This document shows, piece by piece, positions 30,420 to 39,132 of a DNA stretch of 64,000 nucleotides. Positions within the stretch are counted from its first letter, which is position 1, and each line of letters opens with the position of its first letter. The stretch covers positions 22,884 through 86,883 of the forward strand of contig DATLFP010000252.1 in NCBI GenBank assembly GCA_035540955.1. The letters run 5' to 3'. Source of the DNA: Acidimicrobiales bacterium (GTDB lineage: Bacteria; Actinomycetota; Acidimicrobiia; Acidimicrobiales; CADCSY01). The translations under genes and the position numbers were made by a program. The notes under the pieces are model-generated. The model had not been told where the DNA came from. It worked only from the letters and a program-made list of their open reading frames with translations, and made no database searches.

Positions 30420-31079
30420 CTACCTCGAGCGGCGCTCCAGCTGGACCCGGTTGGTGATCGTGTAGCGGCGATCCCGCTGCTCGAGCCAGCCCAGCCGCAC
30501 GAACGACGAGATCGCCTTGTTGACCCGCTCCCGGGACGCGCCCACGAGCCCGGCCAGCTCCTCCTGGGTGATCGGCAGCTGGAACTCGTCGTTGTCGCCG
30601 GCCAGCTCGAGCAGCCGCTTGGCGGTGCGGCCGGTGACGTCGAGGAACACCGAGTCGGCCAGGGCGACGTCCATGTTGCGGATCCGGCGGGCGAGGAGGG
30701 CGACGACGCTCCACAGGAGGTCGGGCTGCTCGCGGAACAGGGTTCGCAGGGGCTCGAAGGGCACCACGTTGACCCGCGACGCCTCGAGTGCGCGGGCGTC
30801 GGCGGAGCGGCCCTGCCCGTCGAAGAGGCTCATCTCCCCGAACACGTCGCCCGCCTCCATGAGCGCGACCACCGACTCTCGACCGTCGAAGGACCGGTTG
30901 GCGATGGCGATCCGGCCCGATTCGACCACGTAGAGGTCGTTGCCCTCGTCGCCCTCGCGGAACAGCACGTCGCCCCGCCGCAGCGACAGGCTCTGGGCGG
31001 AGGCGGCGATGTGCCGCACCGCCTCGGGCGGCAGGGAGCCGAACAGGTCGACCTCGGCGAGGACGGTGGCGTCCAGCAT
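30420..31079 (-). CDS. crp: Crp/Fnr family transcriptional regulator (cAMP receptor protein-like)
   Basis: cNMP-binding domain (GDVLFREGDEGNDLYVVESG, FGEMSLFDGQGRSA) and C-terminal HTH (ITQEELAGLVGASRERVNKAISSF). Confidence 0.85.
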   Translation of the reverse strand: MLDATVLAEVDLFGSLPPEAVRHIAASAQSLSLRRGDVLFREGDEGNDLYVVESGRIAIANRSFDGRESVVALMEAGDVFGEMSLFDGQGRSADARALEASRVNVVPFEPLRTLFREQPDLLWSVVALLARRIRNMDVALADSVFLDVTGRTAKRLLELAGDNDEFQLPITQEELAGLVGASRERVNKAISSFVRLGWLEQRDRRYTITNRVQLERRSR

Positions 31080-31155
31080 CGCCGGCGAGCGTAGTGTCGC
31101 CCTTCGTCCAGACGGGCTTCAGCCGGGCACGCAACGTGACGATGAACCCAGGGAG

Positions 31156-32244
31156 ATGCTCTTCGTGGACGACCCCGAGAGCGCAGACAGCGACATGGAT
31201 CCAGAGGGCGGGGCGGCATCGGAGCCGCCGCGGATCCCCTCCGACGTCTTCGTCGAGGTCGTGCGGCTCCTGATCGTGGCGCTCGGCACCGGCGTCGGCC
31301 AGGCGACCGCCGACGGGACCGGGGCCGCACTCGGCGCGTGCGGGGGCTACGTCGTGGGCGGCGTCCTCGGGCGGTTCCTCCGCCGAGCCACGGGCCGCTT
31401 CGAGGCGACCGTGGAGCGGACCCCGGCCATCACCCTCGTCGCCGGCGCCATCGGCGCCCTCGTGGCCGCCCTCATCGGCGGCATCGTCGGCCTGGCGGCG
31501 GTCGTGCTGCTCCCGGACCGGTGGGGCTACCCGGTGATGGGGATCGCGGCGTGGACCGGCGTCTACGCCGGCTTCCAGGTGGGTGCCCGCAAGGGAAGCG
31601 AGCTGGTGCGCCAGGTGCGCAGCGACGGCTCGCTCCTGCCCGAGCAGCCCCGCACGCCGCTGGTGCTGATCGATTCGAGCGCGGCGATGGACGGACGGCT
31701 GCTCGTGCTGGCCCGGTCCGGCTTCCTGCCCGGCTACCCGGCCGTGGCCCGCTTCGTGCTCGACGAGCTGCAGGGTCTGGCCGACGCCGCCGACCCGACC
31801 CGCCGACGCCGGGCCCGGCGGGCGCTCGAGAGCCTCGAGTCGCTGCGGGTGGAGGGACCGGGGCTCGTCGTCCTGCCCGACGAGGTCCCCGAGCGGGACG
31901 AGGTCGACGCCAAGCTCGTCGCCCTCGCCCTCCGGCTCCACGCCGCCGTGCTCACCGCCGATCGGGGCCTGGCCGGCGTCGGCGCCGTCGAGGGCGTCCG
32001 ATGCCTCGACGTGGTGCAGCTGGCCGAGGGGCTCCGACCCGGGCTGGTTCCTGGCCAGACCGTGGAGGTCCGCATCACCCGCGAGGGTCGTGACCCCGGC
32101 CAGGGTGTCGGCTTCCTCGAGGACGGGGCGATGGTCGTCGTGTACGACGCGGCCGCCCACATGGGCGAGGAGGTCACCGCCGAGGTGACCACCAGCGTCC
32201 CGACGTCGAAGGGCCGCATGTACTTCGCAAGAATGCAGGAGTGA
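31156..32244 (+). CDS. PIN- and TRAM-domain integral membrane protein (YacL-like)
   Basis: ORF 30940..32244 trimmed to ATG 31156 (GGGAG upstream). 4 hydrophobic helices, then PIN-like LVLIDSSAAMDGRL...DAKLVALALRLHAAVLTAD and TRAM-like GQTVEVRITREGRDPGQGVGFLEDGAMVVV. Sits directly upstream of ispD-ispF, as yacL does in Bacillus. Confidence 0.75.
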   Translation: MLFVDDPESADSDMDPEGGAASEPPRIPSDVFVEVVRLLIVALGTGVGQATADGTGAALGACGGYVVGGVLGRFLRRATGRFEATVERTPAITLVAGAIGALVAALIGGIVGLAAVVLLPDRWGYPVMGIAAWTGVYAGFQVGARKGSELVRQVRSDGSLLPEQPRTPLVLIDSSAAMDGRLLVLARSGFLPGYPAVARFVLDELQGLADAADPTRRRRARRALESLESLRVEGPGLVVLPDEVPERDEVDAKLVALALRLHAAVLTADRGLAGVGAVEGVRCLDVVQLAEGLRPGLVPGQTVEVRITREGRDPGQGVGFLEDGAMVVVYDAAAHMGEEVTAEVTTSVPTSKGRMYFARMQE

Positions 32245-32882
32245 CCACCTGGGCGATCGTCGTCGCCGCCGGACGCGGCGAGCGGTTCGGTCGCCCCAAG
32301 CAGTTCGAGCGCCTGGCGGGTCGTCGGGTGGTCGACTGGGCCCTCGACGACGCCCGGGACGCCTGTGACGGCGTCGTGCTCGTCGTGCCCCCCGGACACG
32401 ACGAGCCGAGCGGTCCCCGCGGCTGGCTCGGCGAGGTCCCCGTCGTCGTCGGGGGTGACTCCCGGAGCGAGTCGGTCCGGCGCGGGCTGGCGTCCGTGCC
32501 CGAGGATGCCGAGGTGATCGTGGTCCACGACGCAGCTCGCCCGGCCGCGGGCGTCGGGCTGTTCCGGGCGGTGATCGACGCCGTGCGGGCGGGCGCCGAC
32601 GGCGCCGTGCCGGGCGTGGCGGTGGTCGACACCGTGAAGCGCGTCGACGGTGACGTCGTGGTCGAGACCCTCGACCGGAGAACCCTCGTGGCCGTGCAGA
32701 CGCCGCAGGCGTTCCGGGCGTCGGCCCTCCGATCGGCGCACGCCGCGGCGGCCGAGGCGACCGACGATGCCGCGCTCGTCGAGCGGGCGGGAGGCAAGGT
32801 GGTGGTCGTGCCCGGACACCTCGCGAACCGCAAGATCACCGAGCCCGGGGACCTCGACGCCATCGAGCAGGCGCTCGGATGA
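32241..32882 (+). CDS. ispD: 2-C-methyl-D-erythritol 4-phosphate cytidylyltransferase
   Basis: AIVVAAGRGERFG, VVHDAARP, VDTVK, QTPQAF. 4-nt overlap with the upstream gene. Confidence 0.9.
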   Translation: MTTWAIVVAAGRGERFGRPKQFERLAGRRVVDWALDDARDACDGVVLVVPPGHDEPSGPRGWLGEVPVVVGGDSRSESVRRGLASVPEDAEVIVVHDAARPAAGVGLFRAVIDAVRAGADGAVPGVAVVDTVKRVDGDVVVETLDRRTLVAVQTPQAFRASALRSAHAAAAEATDDAALVERAGGKVVVVPGHLANRKITEPGDLDAIEQALG

Positions 32883-33370
32883 CCTCGGCCGACCACGCCA
32901 TCCGGGTGGGCTTGGGCTTCGACGTGCACCCCTTCGCCACCGACGGCCCGGCGCTGGTGCTCGGGGGCATCCGGTTCGAGGGTCCCGGCCTGGCCGGCCA
33001 CAGCGACGGGGATGTGATCGCCCACGCCGTGATCGACGCCGTGCTCGGGGCGGCAGGGCTGGGCGACATCGGCACGCACTTCCCCGACTCCGACCCGTCC
33101 CTCGCCGGTGCCGACAGCGTGGCGCTGCTGGCTCAGGCGGCGGGCGCCGTCCGGGCCGCCGGGTGGGAGCCGGTCAACGCCGACTGCAGCGTCGTGCTGG
33201 ACGCGCCGAAGCTGGCGCCCCGACGGGCCGAGATGGAGGCGCGGCTCACCGAGGCGCTCGGGGCCCCGGTCACGATCAAGGGGAAGCGGCCCGAGGGCGT
33301 GGGCGCCCTGGGGCGAGGGGAGGGGATCGCAGCATGGGCCGTCGCCCTGGTCCAGCGCGCCGCGACGTAG
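32879..33370 (+). CDS. ispF: 2-C-methyl-D-erythritol 2,4-cyclodiphosphate synthase
   Basis: GLGFDVHPF, GHSDGDVIAHAVIDA, IGTHFPDSD. 4-nt overlap with ispD. Confidence 0.95.
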   Translation: MTSADHAIRVGLGFDVHPFATDGPALVLGGIRFEGPGLAGHSDGDVIAHAVIDAVLGAAGLGDIGTHFPDSDPSLAGADSVALLAQAAGAVRAAGWEPVNADCSVVLDAPKLAPRRAEMEARLTEALGAPVTIKGKRPEGVGALGRGEGIAAWAVALVQRAAT

Positions 33371-34146
33371 GGCGCCGCTCGCCATCGCCGTCCCCCGGCC
33401 CGCGAGGGCTCGGGGGCGAGCAGGTCGAGGGCCGGCACGCCGTCCGGGAGCTCCTGCTCGCCGGCCGTCGCCGGGTGCGGGACGTGTGGCTCGCCGAGGA
33501 CGTCGATCCCGCCCCGATCCTCGAGGACATCCGCCAGCTGGCGGCCGAGGCCCGGGTGGCGGTGAAGCGGGTGAGCAGGACCCAGCTCGATCACGAGGCC
33601 CGTTCCGACGCGCCCCAGGGGGTGCTGGCGCATGCCGCGCCGATCCCCGAGGCCGACCTCGAGCGCCTCGCCGCGGGTGACGGCGACCGGGGGACGCCGT
33701 TCCTGCTCGCCGTCGACGGCATCACCGATCCGCAGAACCTGGGGGCGCTCCTGCGCACCGCGGAGTGCGCCGGCGCCACCGGGGTGGTGCTGCCCCGCCA
33801 CCGGGTGGCCCATGTGACCCCGACGGTGGCGAAGGCGGCGGCCGGGGCCATCGAGCACCTCCCGATCGCCCTCGTGGGCGGGCTGCCCTCGGCCCTTGCC
33901 CGCCTCCGGGACCTGGGGGTGTGGATCGTCGGCCTCGACGGTGCCGGTGACACCTCGGTGTTCGACCTCCAGGTCGCCTCCGAGCCCCTCGCCCTCGTGC
34001 TCGGCGCCGAGGGGCGAGGCCTGTCCCGGCTGGTCCGGGAGCGCTGCGACGTGCTGGCCGCCATCCCCCTGCGGGGTGCGCTGTCTTCCCTCAACGTGAG
34101 CGCGGCCGCCGCGGTGGCCTGCTACGAGGTGGCCCGGCGCCGGTAG
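33334..34146 (+). CDS. rlmB: 23S rRNA 2'-O-ribose methyltransferase, SpoU/TrmH family (RlmB-like)
   Basis: ORF 32650..34146 trimmed to the only nearby canonical start, ATG 33334 (37-nt overlap with ispF). EGRHAVRELL substrate-binding domain, then SPOUT motifs DGITDPQNLGALLRTAECAG, LVLGAEGRGLS, IPLRGALSSLNVS. Confidence 0.8.
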   Translation: MGRRPGPARRDVGRRSPSPSPGPRGLGGEQVEGRHAVRELLLAGRRRVRDVWLAEDVDPAPILEDIRQLAAEARVAVKRVSRTQLDHEARSDAPQGVLAHAAPIPEADLERLAAGDGDRGTPFLLAVDGITDPQNLGALLRTAECAGATGVVLPRHRVAHVTPTVAKAAAGAIEHLPIALVGGLPSALARLRDLGVWIVGLDGAGDTSVFDLQVASEPLALVLGAEGRGLSRLVRERCDVLAAIPLRGALSSLNVSAAAAVACYEVARRR

Positions 34147-34271
34147 CCCGGTCGGACTAGCCCGCGTGGCCTGCCGAAGGGCGGATCTTTCGGAAATACC
34201 TGGTCAGAGCGGACATCTTTTCGGGTAGGAGCACAAGGAATCGCGCCCGGCGACGTTGACAGTGACCAGGG

Positions 34272-34299
34272 GAGTGACTAGAAGTGTCAATAGTCACTC
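34272..34299. promoter_or_regulatory. perfect 9-bp inverted repeat GAGTGACTA-N10-TAGTCACTC next to a TTGACA box (34256..34261), upstream of the sigma-H-type gene
   Basis: Read directly from the sequence. AGTGAC also occurs at 34261..34266, and TTGACA / TGTCAA (34285..34290) are themselves inverted. Function (operator versus RNA hairpin) is unknown. Confidence 0.35.
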
Positions 34300-34392
34300 C
34301 AGGCCATGCCGCGTCTGCTTCGGTGGTCATCCGGCTGGTGATGGTGAGTGGCTCGGTCACCACAACACACATCACACCCGCAGGAGCCGCAC

Positions 34393-35055
34393 GTGTCCCG
34401 CTTCGCCGCAACCGCCCTGGCCGACCGCACCGACGACGAGCTGGCCGTGCAGGCCCAGCAGGGCGATCGCCTCGCCCAGCAGACCCTGATCGAGCGCTAC
34501 CGGCGCTTCGCCCGGGCCAAGGGCCGGGGGTACTTCCTCGTCGGGGGCGACAGCGACGACATCGAGCAGGAGGCCCTGATCGGGCTCTACAAGGCGATCC
34601 GCGACTACCTGCCGGAGCGCCAGGCCAGCTTCCGGGCCTTCGCCGAGCTGTGCATCACCCGCCAGATCATCACCGCCATCAAGACCGCCACCCGCCAGAA
34701 GCACCAGCCGCTGAACCAGTACGTGTCGATCTCGGGGTCCCGCCCGACCGACGATCAGCAGAGCGACCGGGTGGTCGAGGACCTGCTCGACGACTCCCCG
34801 TCCTCGGATCCCGCCGACCAGGTCGTCTCGGGCGAGCGGCTCGACAACCTGCGGGGGGCCATGGCCGAGATGCTGTCCGGCCTCGAGGTCGACGTGCTGC
34901 GGCTCTATGTCGAGGGCAAGAGCTACCAGGAGATCGGCGAGGTCCTGGGCCGCCACGTGAAGTCGATCGACAACGCCCTGCAGCGCATCAAGCGCAAGGT
35001 CGACACCCACCTCGCCGGTGAGGCGGCCGCCGATCTTGCCGTCTTCGCTCGCTGA
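34393..35055 (+). CDS. sigma-70 family sigma factor, Bacillus sigma-H (Spo0H) type
   Basis: ORF 34348..35055 trimmed to GTG 34393 (AGGAG 6 nt upstream). Long blocks match B. subtilis SigH as remembered: FAELCITRQIITAIKTATRQKHQPLNQY, EALIGLYKAIRDY, KSYQEIGEVLGRHVKSIDNALQRIKRK. Lies after rlmB as in Bacillus. Confidence 0.85.
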   Translation: MSRFAATALADRTDDELAVQAQQGDRLAQQTLIERYRRFARAKGRGYFLVGGDSDDIEQEALIGLYKAIRDYLPERQASFRAFAELCITRQIITAIKTATRQKHQPLNQYVSISGSRPTDDQQSDRVVEDLLDDSPSSDPADQVVSGERLDNLRGAMAEMLSGLEVDVLRLYVEGKSYQEIGEVLGRHVKSIDNALQRIKRKVDTHLAGEAAADLAVFAR

Positions 35056-35059
35056 CCAG

Positions 35060-35132
35060 AGCCCGAGGTGGGACTCGAACCCACTACCTACGCTTTACAA
35101 GAGCGTTGCTCTGCCAGATGAGCTACTCGGGC
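35060..35132 (-). tRNA. tRNA-Thr (anticodon UGU), CCA not encoded
   Basis: Hand-folded from the reverse complement: acceptor GCCCGAG/CTCGGGC, D stem GCTC/GAGC, anticodon stem ACGCT/AGCGT with loop CTTGTAA, T stem GTGGG/CCCAC with TTCGAGT loop. Confidence 0.9.
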
Positions 35133-35221
35133 GCGCGGTGAACGCTAACGCCCCCGGCGCGAGCCGAGCCCGGGGCGAGGGTGCTTGCATCGAGGGGGGT
35201 GCCAGGCCAGGCTGGATCTCG

Positions 35222-35497
35222 ATGTTCCCCTCGGACCGGCCGCTCTCCGACCGCGACCGCGCCATCCTCGACTTCGAGCGGTCGTGGTGGGTCTCGGCGA
35301 CGGGCTCCAAGGAGCACGCGATCCGCGAGGTCCTCGGGATCTCCTCCGGCCGGTACTACAGCCTGCTGAACGGTCTGCTCGACCTCCCTTCGGCGCTCGC
35401 GTACGACCCGCTCGTCGTCCGGCGCCGGCGCCGCGATCGTGACGCCCGCCGCCGGGCCCGCTACGAGGGCCGGTCCGCCGGCCCGTCCGTCCGATGA
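35222..35497 (+). CDS. DUF3263 domain protein
   Basis: ORF 35018..35497 trimmed to ATG 35222 (upstream part overlaps the tRNA). LSDRDRAILDFERSWW...KEHAIREVLGISSGRYYSLLNGLLD followed by an Arg-rich tail. Confidence 0.6.
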   Translation: MFPSDRPLSDRDRAILDFERSWWVSATGSKEHAIREVLGISSGRYYSLLNGLLDLPSALAYDPLVVRRRRRDRDARRRARYEGRSAGPSVR

Positions 35498-36045
35498 GGC
35501 GGGGCCAGCACGCGGCGGACGACGGGTCCTTCGGCCGGTCGGCGGGCGGGGCGATGGCCCGCGGCGTCGCCCTGATCGTCGTCGCCGTGCTGCTGGGCGT
35601 GATCCTGCTCCGGGCGACCGACGACGCCGAGCCGTTCCGGGCCGTCGACACCAACGGCTCGACTGCGACGACCGACACCACCGTCCCCGGCGACGACCCG
35701 GTGACGGACCCGACCGACACCACCCTGCCGGAGGCCCGAAACCCGGCCGAGGTCACCGTGCTCGTCGCCAACGGCGCTCGCATCAACGGGCTCGCCGGGC
35801 GGGTCTCGGACCAGCTCAAGGCCGCCAACTACGTGGTCGCCGAACCCGACAACACCAAGGCGCCGGCCGACGCGTCGATGGTCTTCTACGCCGCCGGCTA
35901 CGAAGCCGACGCCGCCGCCGTCGCCGCCCTGCTGAACCCGGCGCCGGCCACCGCGCCGCTTCCCGAACCGCCACCGGTGGACGACATGAAGGGCGCGCAG
36001 ATCCTCGTGGTGGCGGCGGCCGATCTCGCCACCGCGGCCGGCTGA
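35494..36045 (+). CDS. LytR C-terminal (LytR_C) domain membrane protein
   Basis: N-terminal TM anchor (VALIVVAVLLGVILL), T/D/P-rich linker, then VTVLVANGARINGLAGRVSDQLKAANYVV...MVFYAAG typical of LytR_C. 4-nt overlap with the upstream gene. Confidence 0.7.
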   Translation: MRRGQHAADDGSFGRSAGGAMARGVALIVVAVLLGVILLRATDDAEPFRAVDTNGSTATTDTTVPGDDPVTDPTDTTLPEARNPAEVTVLVANGARINGLAGRVSDQLKAANYVVAEPDNTKAPADASMVFYAAGYEADAAAVAALLNPAPATAPLPEPPPVDDMKGAQILVVAAADLATAAG

Positions 36046-36048
36046 ACC

Positions 36049-36076
36049 CGCCCGCGGCCGTCCCCGTACGCGGGCG
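36049..36076. terminator. stem-loop between convergent genes
   Basis: CGCCCGCG-N12-CGCGGGCG (8-bp stem) filling the 32-nt gap between the stops at 36045 (+) and 36078 (-). Confidence 0.4.
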
Positions 36077-36077
36077 C

Positions 36078-36869
36078 TCAGGCCAGCCGGACAGTCCGCG
36101 ACGTGACGCGGACCGTGAGGGTGCCCCGCACCGGGTCGCGCAGCTCACCGAGGGGCGGGCGGATCTCGAGGTCGAACACGCCGTCGGTGGTCGAGGACGA
36201 CGAGCGCACGGCGCCGTCGATCAGGTCGTGGGCCGCGCGCTGCTCGGTCTCCTGCTCGCCGTCGAGCACGACCACCTCCCCGGCGGTCGCTCGCTGCTCG
36301 AGCCGGAACCGCAGCACCGAGGTCGTGGCGAGCCGGGCGACCTCGTGGTCGCCCTCGATGCCGAGCCCGACGAGCCGGCCGGCACCCGACAGCCGGGCCC
36401 GGTCGGCGCTGCCGGGCACGGTGACCCGGTCCTCGATCGTCCAGCGCTCGCCGGGTGCCAGCGAGCCGTCAGGGGGTGCGACGGCGGCCGCCGGGAAGAT
36501 CTCGCTGATGCCGAGGAGGCCGGCGACCTCGTCGGGGATCGTGTCGTCGGACTCGATCGACTCCAGCTGGGCGGCCCGGTCGAAGCGCACGACGAAGGTG
36601 CGCACCCGCCCGCTGGCGTCACCCAGGATCACCTGCACCCGGACCCCGTCGGCCCCGGCGTCGAGCACGGTGTGCTCCGACTGGAGCACGACCTCCTCGT
36701 CGCGGCGCTCCGGCGCCGAACCGGGCAGGCGGACCTCGCTCGTCGATCGGACCGTGACCTCGTAGCGGTACACGGCGCCGACCTCGGGTCGGAACGCCAG
36801 CTGCACCGTGTCGTCCCGGCAGGCGGCGAGGAGGAGCACGAGCACGACCAGGCCCGTCCAGCGCCGCAT
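36078..36869 (-). CDS. putative lipoprotein, no recognised family
   Basis: Signal peptide with lipobox MRRWTGLVVLVLLLAAC. ATG 36869 preferred over the TTG 36878 of the ORF track. Confidence 0.6.
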   Translation of the reverse strand: MRRWTGLVVLVLLLAACRDDTVQLAFRPEVGAVYRYEVTVRSTSEVRLPGSAPERRDEEVVLQSEHTVLDAGADGVRVQVILGDASGRVRTFVVRFDRAAQLESIESDDTIPDEVAGLLGISEIFPAAAVAPPDGSLAPGERWTIEDRVTVPGSADRARLSGAGRLVGLGIEGDHEVARLATTSVLRFRLEQRATAGEVVVLDGEQETEQRAAHDLIDGAVRSSSSTTDGVFDLEIRPPLGELRDPVRGTLTVRVTSRTVRLA

Positions 36870-36892
36870 CCCGGCCAACGTACCGTGGTGCG

Positions 36893-37633
36893 GTGGCGGA
36901 CGTGCTCGAGCCCCTGCGGGACGATCCGGCGCGGAGCGCGGTGCTCACCGACTTCGACGGCACCCTCTCGCCCATCGTCGAGGACTGGACGGCGGCCCGG
37001 CCGCTCCCGGGGGTGCGCGACCTCCTCGAGGCGCTCGCCCGCCGCTACGCCGTGGTCGGGGTGATCTCGGGACGGCCGGTCGCCTACCTGGCCGAGCAGC
37101 TCGGGACGGCGCTCCGACTGGCCGGCCTGTACGGCCTGGAGAGCGTGATCGACGGCCAGCGGGTGGCGGCCGAGGGCGCCGAGGAGTGGCGGGAGCGCAT
37201 CGACCGGGCGGCGGAGTCGGCCACCAACCGCTTCGGCTCCCTCGTCGAGCACAAGGGCCTGTCGATGACGGTGCACTTCCGGACCCGCCCCGAGATCGCC
37301 GAGGAGGTGGCGGCGTGGGCCCGGCGTGAGCAGCGGCGATCGGGGCTCGAGCTCCGGGCGGCCAAGGCGTCGGTGGAGCTCCACCCGCCCGTCACCTTCG
37401 ACAAGGGAACGGTGGTCGAGGTCGCCGTCGGCACGCTCGACGCCGTCTGCTTCCTCGGCGACGACGTCGGCGACCTGCCGGCGTTCGATGCCCTCGACCG
37501 GCTCGGCGCCCGGGGCGTCCACGCGGTGAAGATCGGTGTCCGCACCTCCGAGGCGCCGACCGTCCTCCTCGACCGCGCCGATCTCGTGGTCGAGGGTCCC
37601 GTCGGCGCCGTCGAGGTGCTCCGCACCCTCTGA
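36893..37633 (+). CDS. otsB: trehalose-6-phosphate phosphatase
   Basis: HAD motif I LTDFDGTLSPIV, SGRP, KG, C-terminal FLGDDVGD. Convergent with otsA. Confidence 0.85.
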   Translation: MADVLEPLRDDPARSAVLTDFDGTLSPIVEDWTAARPLPGVRDLLEALARRYAVVGVISGRPVAYLAEQLGTALRLAGLYGLESVIDGQRVAAEGAEEWRERIDRAAESATNRFGSLVEHKGLSMTVHFRTRPEIAEEVAAWARREQRRSGLELRAAKASVELHPPVTFDKGTVVEVAVGTLDAVCFLGDDVGDLPAFDALDRLGARGVHAVKIGVRTSEAPTVLLDRADLVVEGPVGAVEVLRTL

Positions 37634-37652
37634 GATCCTGCCGACCAACGCT

Positions 37653-37701
37653 GTTCTGTGTCGACCTTGCGTGTCCATGGCACGCAAGGACGACACGGAA
37701 C
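37653..37701. repeat. 49-nt imperfect palindrome GTTCTGTGTCG...CGACACGGAAC (repeat copy B; probable bidirectional terminator)
   Basis: Lies in the convergent otsB/otsA gap. Stems GTTCTGTGTCG/CGACACGGAAC (one G-U) and CCTTGCGTG/CACGCAAGG. 42/49 identical to the reverse complement of 2371..2419. Confidence 0.7.
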
Positions 37702-37724
37702 GCTGCTCCGCGAGGGAGCTGCGG

Positions 37725-39092
37725 TCAGGTCTCGGCGGCGGCGAGCTGGTCGGCGAACCAGTCGTCGGGGGTGCGGGCCTCGGCTCGCTCCCGGACGGCG
37801 GCCGCGTGCCGTGCCCGCTCGCCCGCATCCATCGACAGCGCGCGATGGAGCACATCGGCCGTGCCGGCGACGTCGAAGGGGTTGAGCTCGAGTGCGACCC
37901 GGCCGAGCTCGCCGGCCACGCCGGACTCGCGGGACAGGGCGAGCACGCCGTCGCGCTCGTTGACCATCGGCCCCTCCTTGGCGACGAGGTTGAGCCCATC
38001 GCGCACCGGGTTCACGAGCAGCACGTCGTAGCGGCTGAGGGCGGCGACCGAACGGGGGAAGTCGTCGCGCGCGTCGTAGAGGATCGGCGTCCAGCCCGGC
38101 GTCGCCCACTCTTCGTTGATGCGGGCGATCAGCCCCTCGACCTCCTGGCGGTAGGCGAGGTACTCGGCGAGGCCCTCCCGTGACGGGTAGACGAAGGCGC
38201 CGAACACGACCCGCTCGCGCCACTCCGGATGCTCGCGGAGCAGGTCGTCATAGGCGAGGAAGCCGCGGGCGATGTTCTTGGAGAGCTCGATGCGGTCGAC
38301 CCGCACGATCAGCTTGCGGTCACCGACCCGCTCGTCGAGCGACTCGAGGCGCGACGCACACGCGGGGGAGGCCGCGACCGACCGGATGTCCTCGGCATCG
38401 GCTCCGGCAGGCGACACGAACGTCGTCGGCGTCACTTCGATCAGCTCGCGACACGACGCCTCGAACGCGCTCGCCCACCGCTGGTCGTGGAACCCGCAGG
38501 CCGTCGCCGCCGCCAACCCGGAGAGCAGCTCGGTGGCGACGTCGGTCGGCAGCATGCGCAGGGCATCGGGTCCGCCGAACGGTGTGTGGTGGAAGTGCAC
38601 GACCCGCAGGTCCGGCCGCAGCGCCCGCAAGGCGCCCGGCACGAGGGAGAGGTGGTAGTCCTGCACGAGCACGGCGGCTCCCTCGGGAGCATCGAGGGCG
38701 AGCGCGCGGGCATAGGTCTCGTTGACCCGCCGGTAGCTCTCCCACGCCGCTCGCCACGCCCGGTCGAAGCGCGGTCGCCTCGCTGCGTCGAACAGGCCGT
38801 GATGGAGGAACCAGAGCGTCGAGTTGGAGATCACGTCGTAGTAGCTGGCGAGGTCGTCGACGACGATCGTGTGGACGCGATAGCCCTCGGCCTCGATCAC
38901 GCCCCGCTCGGCGGCGGCCCGGTCGCCGTCGGACAGGGCGGCGGCGATCCAGAGGGCGTCGGTGCCGGACAGCGCACGGCCGACGACGGTGATCAGGCCC
39001 CCGCCGCCGCGCGTGGTCTGCAGCTCGCCGCCGTCGCCGACGGTGAAGGAGACCGGCCCCCGGTTCGACGCGAGGACCACCGGTCGGGACAC
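37725..39092 (-). CDS. otsA: alpha,alpha-trehalose-phosphate synthase (UDP/ADP-forming), GT20
   Basis: ORF 37725..39269 trimmed to GTG 39092 (VSRPVVLASNRGPV). VQDYHLSLVP, FHHTPF, RVDRIELSKNI, LVNPVRDGLNLVAKE. Confidence 0.9.
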   Translation of the reverse strand: MSRPVVLASNRGPVSFTVGDGGELQTTRGGGGLITVVGRALSGTDALWIAAALSDGDRAAAERGVIEAEGYRVHTIVVDDLASYYDVISNSTLWFLHHGLFDAARRPRFDRAWRAAWESYRRVNETYARALALDAPEGAAVLVQDYHLSLVPGALRALRPDLRVVHFHHTPFGGPDALRMLPTDVATELLSGLAAATACGFHDQRWASAFEASCRELIEVTPTTFVSPAGADAEDIRSVAASPACASRLESLDERVGDRKLIVRVDRIELSKNIARGFLAYDDLLREHPEWRERVVFGAFVYPSREGLAEYLAYRQEVEGLIARINEEWATPGWTPILYDARDDFPRSVAALSRYDVLLVNPVRDGLNLVAKEGPMVNERDGVLALSRESGVAGELGRVALELNPFDVAGTADVLHRALSMDAGERARHAAAVRERAEARTPDDWFADQLAAAET

Positions 39093-39132
39093 GGCGTCAC
39101 CGTACCCACGCCAGTTGAGCGACCATGAAGTC

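Noticed and set aside
31080-31155. Crp operator or degenerate copy of the GTGTCG...CACGCAA repeat in the crp / PIN-TRAM divergent region
   Set aside because: GTGTCGCCCTTCGTCC...GGCACGCAACGTGAC shares short words with the 49-nt repeat but has no matching arms or palindrome. There is also no TGTGA-N6-TCACA-like Crp site.
34237-34257. GGAAT-N13-GTT upstream of the sigma-H-type gene as an ECF SigH/SigR-type promoter
   Set aside because: SigR/SigH promoters have about 18 nt between GGAAT and GTT. The 13-nt spacing here does not fit, so I make no regulatory link to the ECF sigma.
34157-34411. 84-aa minus-strand ORF and other short ORFs in the rlmB / sigma-H gap
   Set aside because: No start context, atypical codon composition for this genome, and overlap with the promoter and inverted-repeat elements. 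I treat the region as non-coding.
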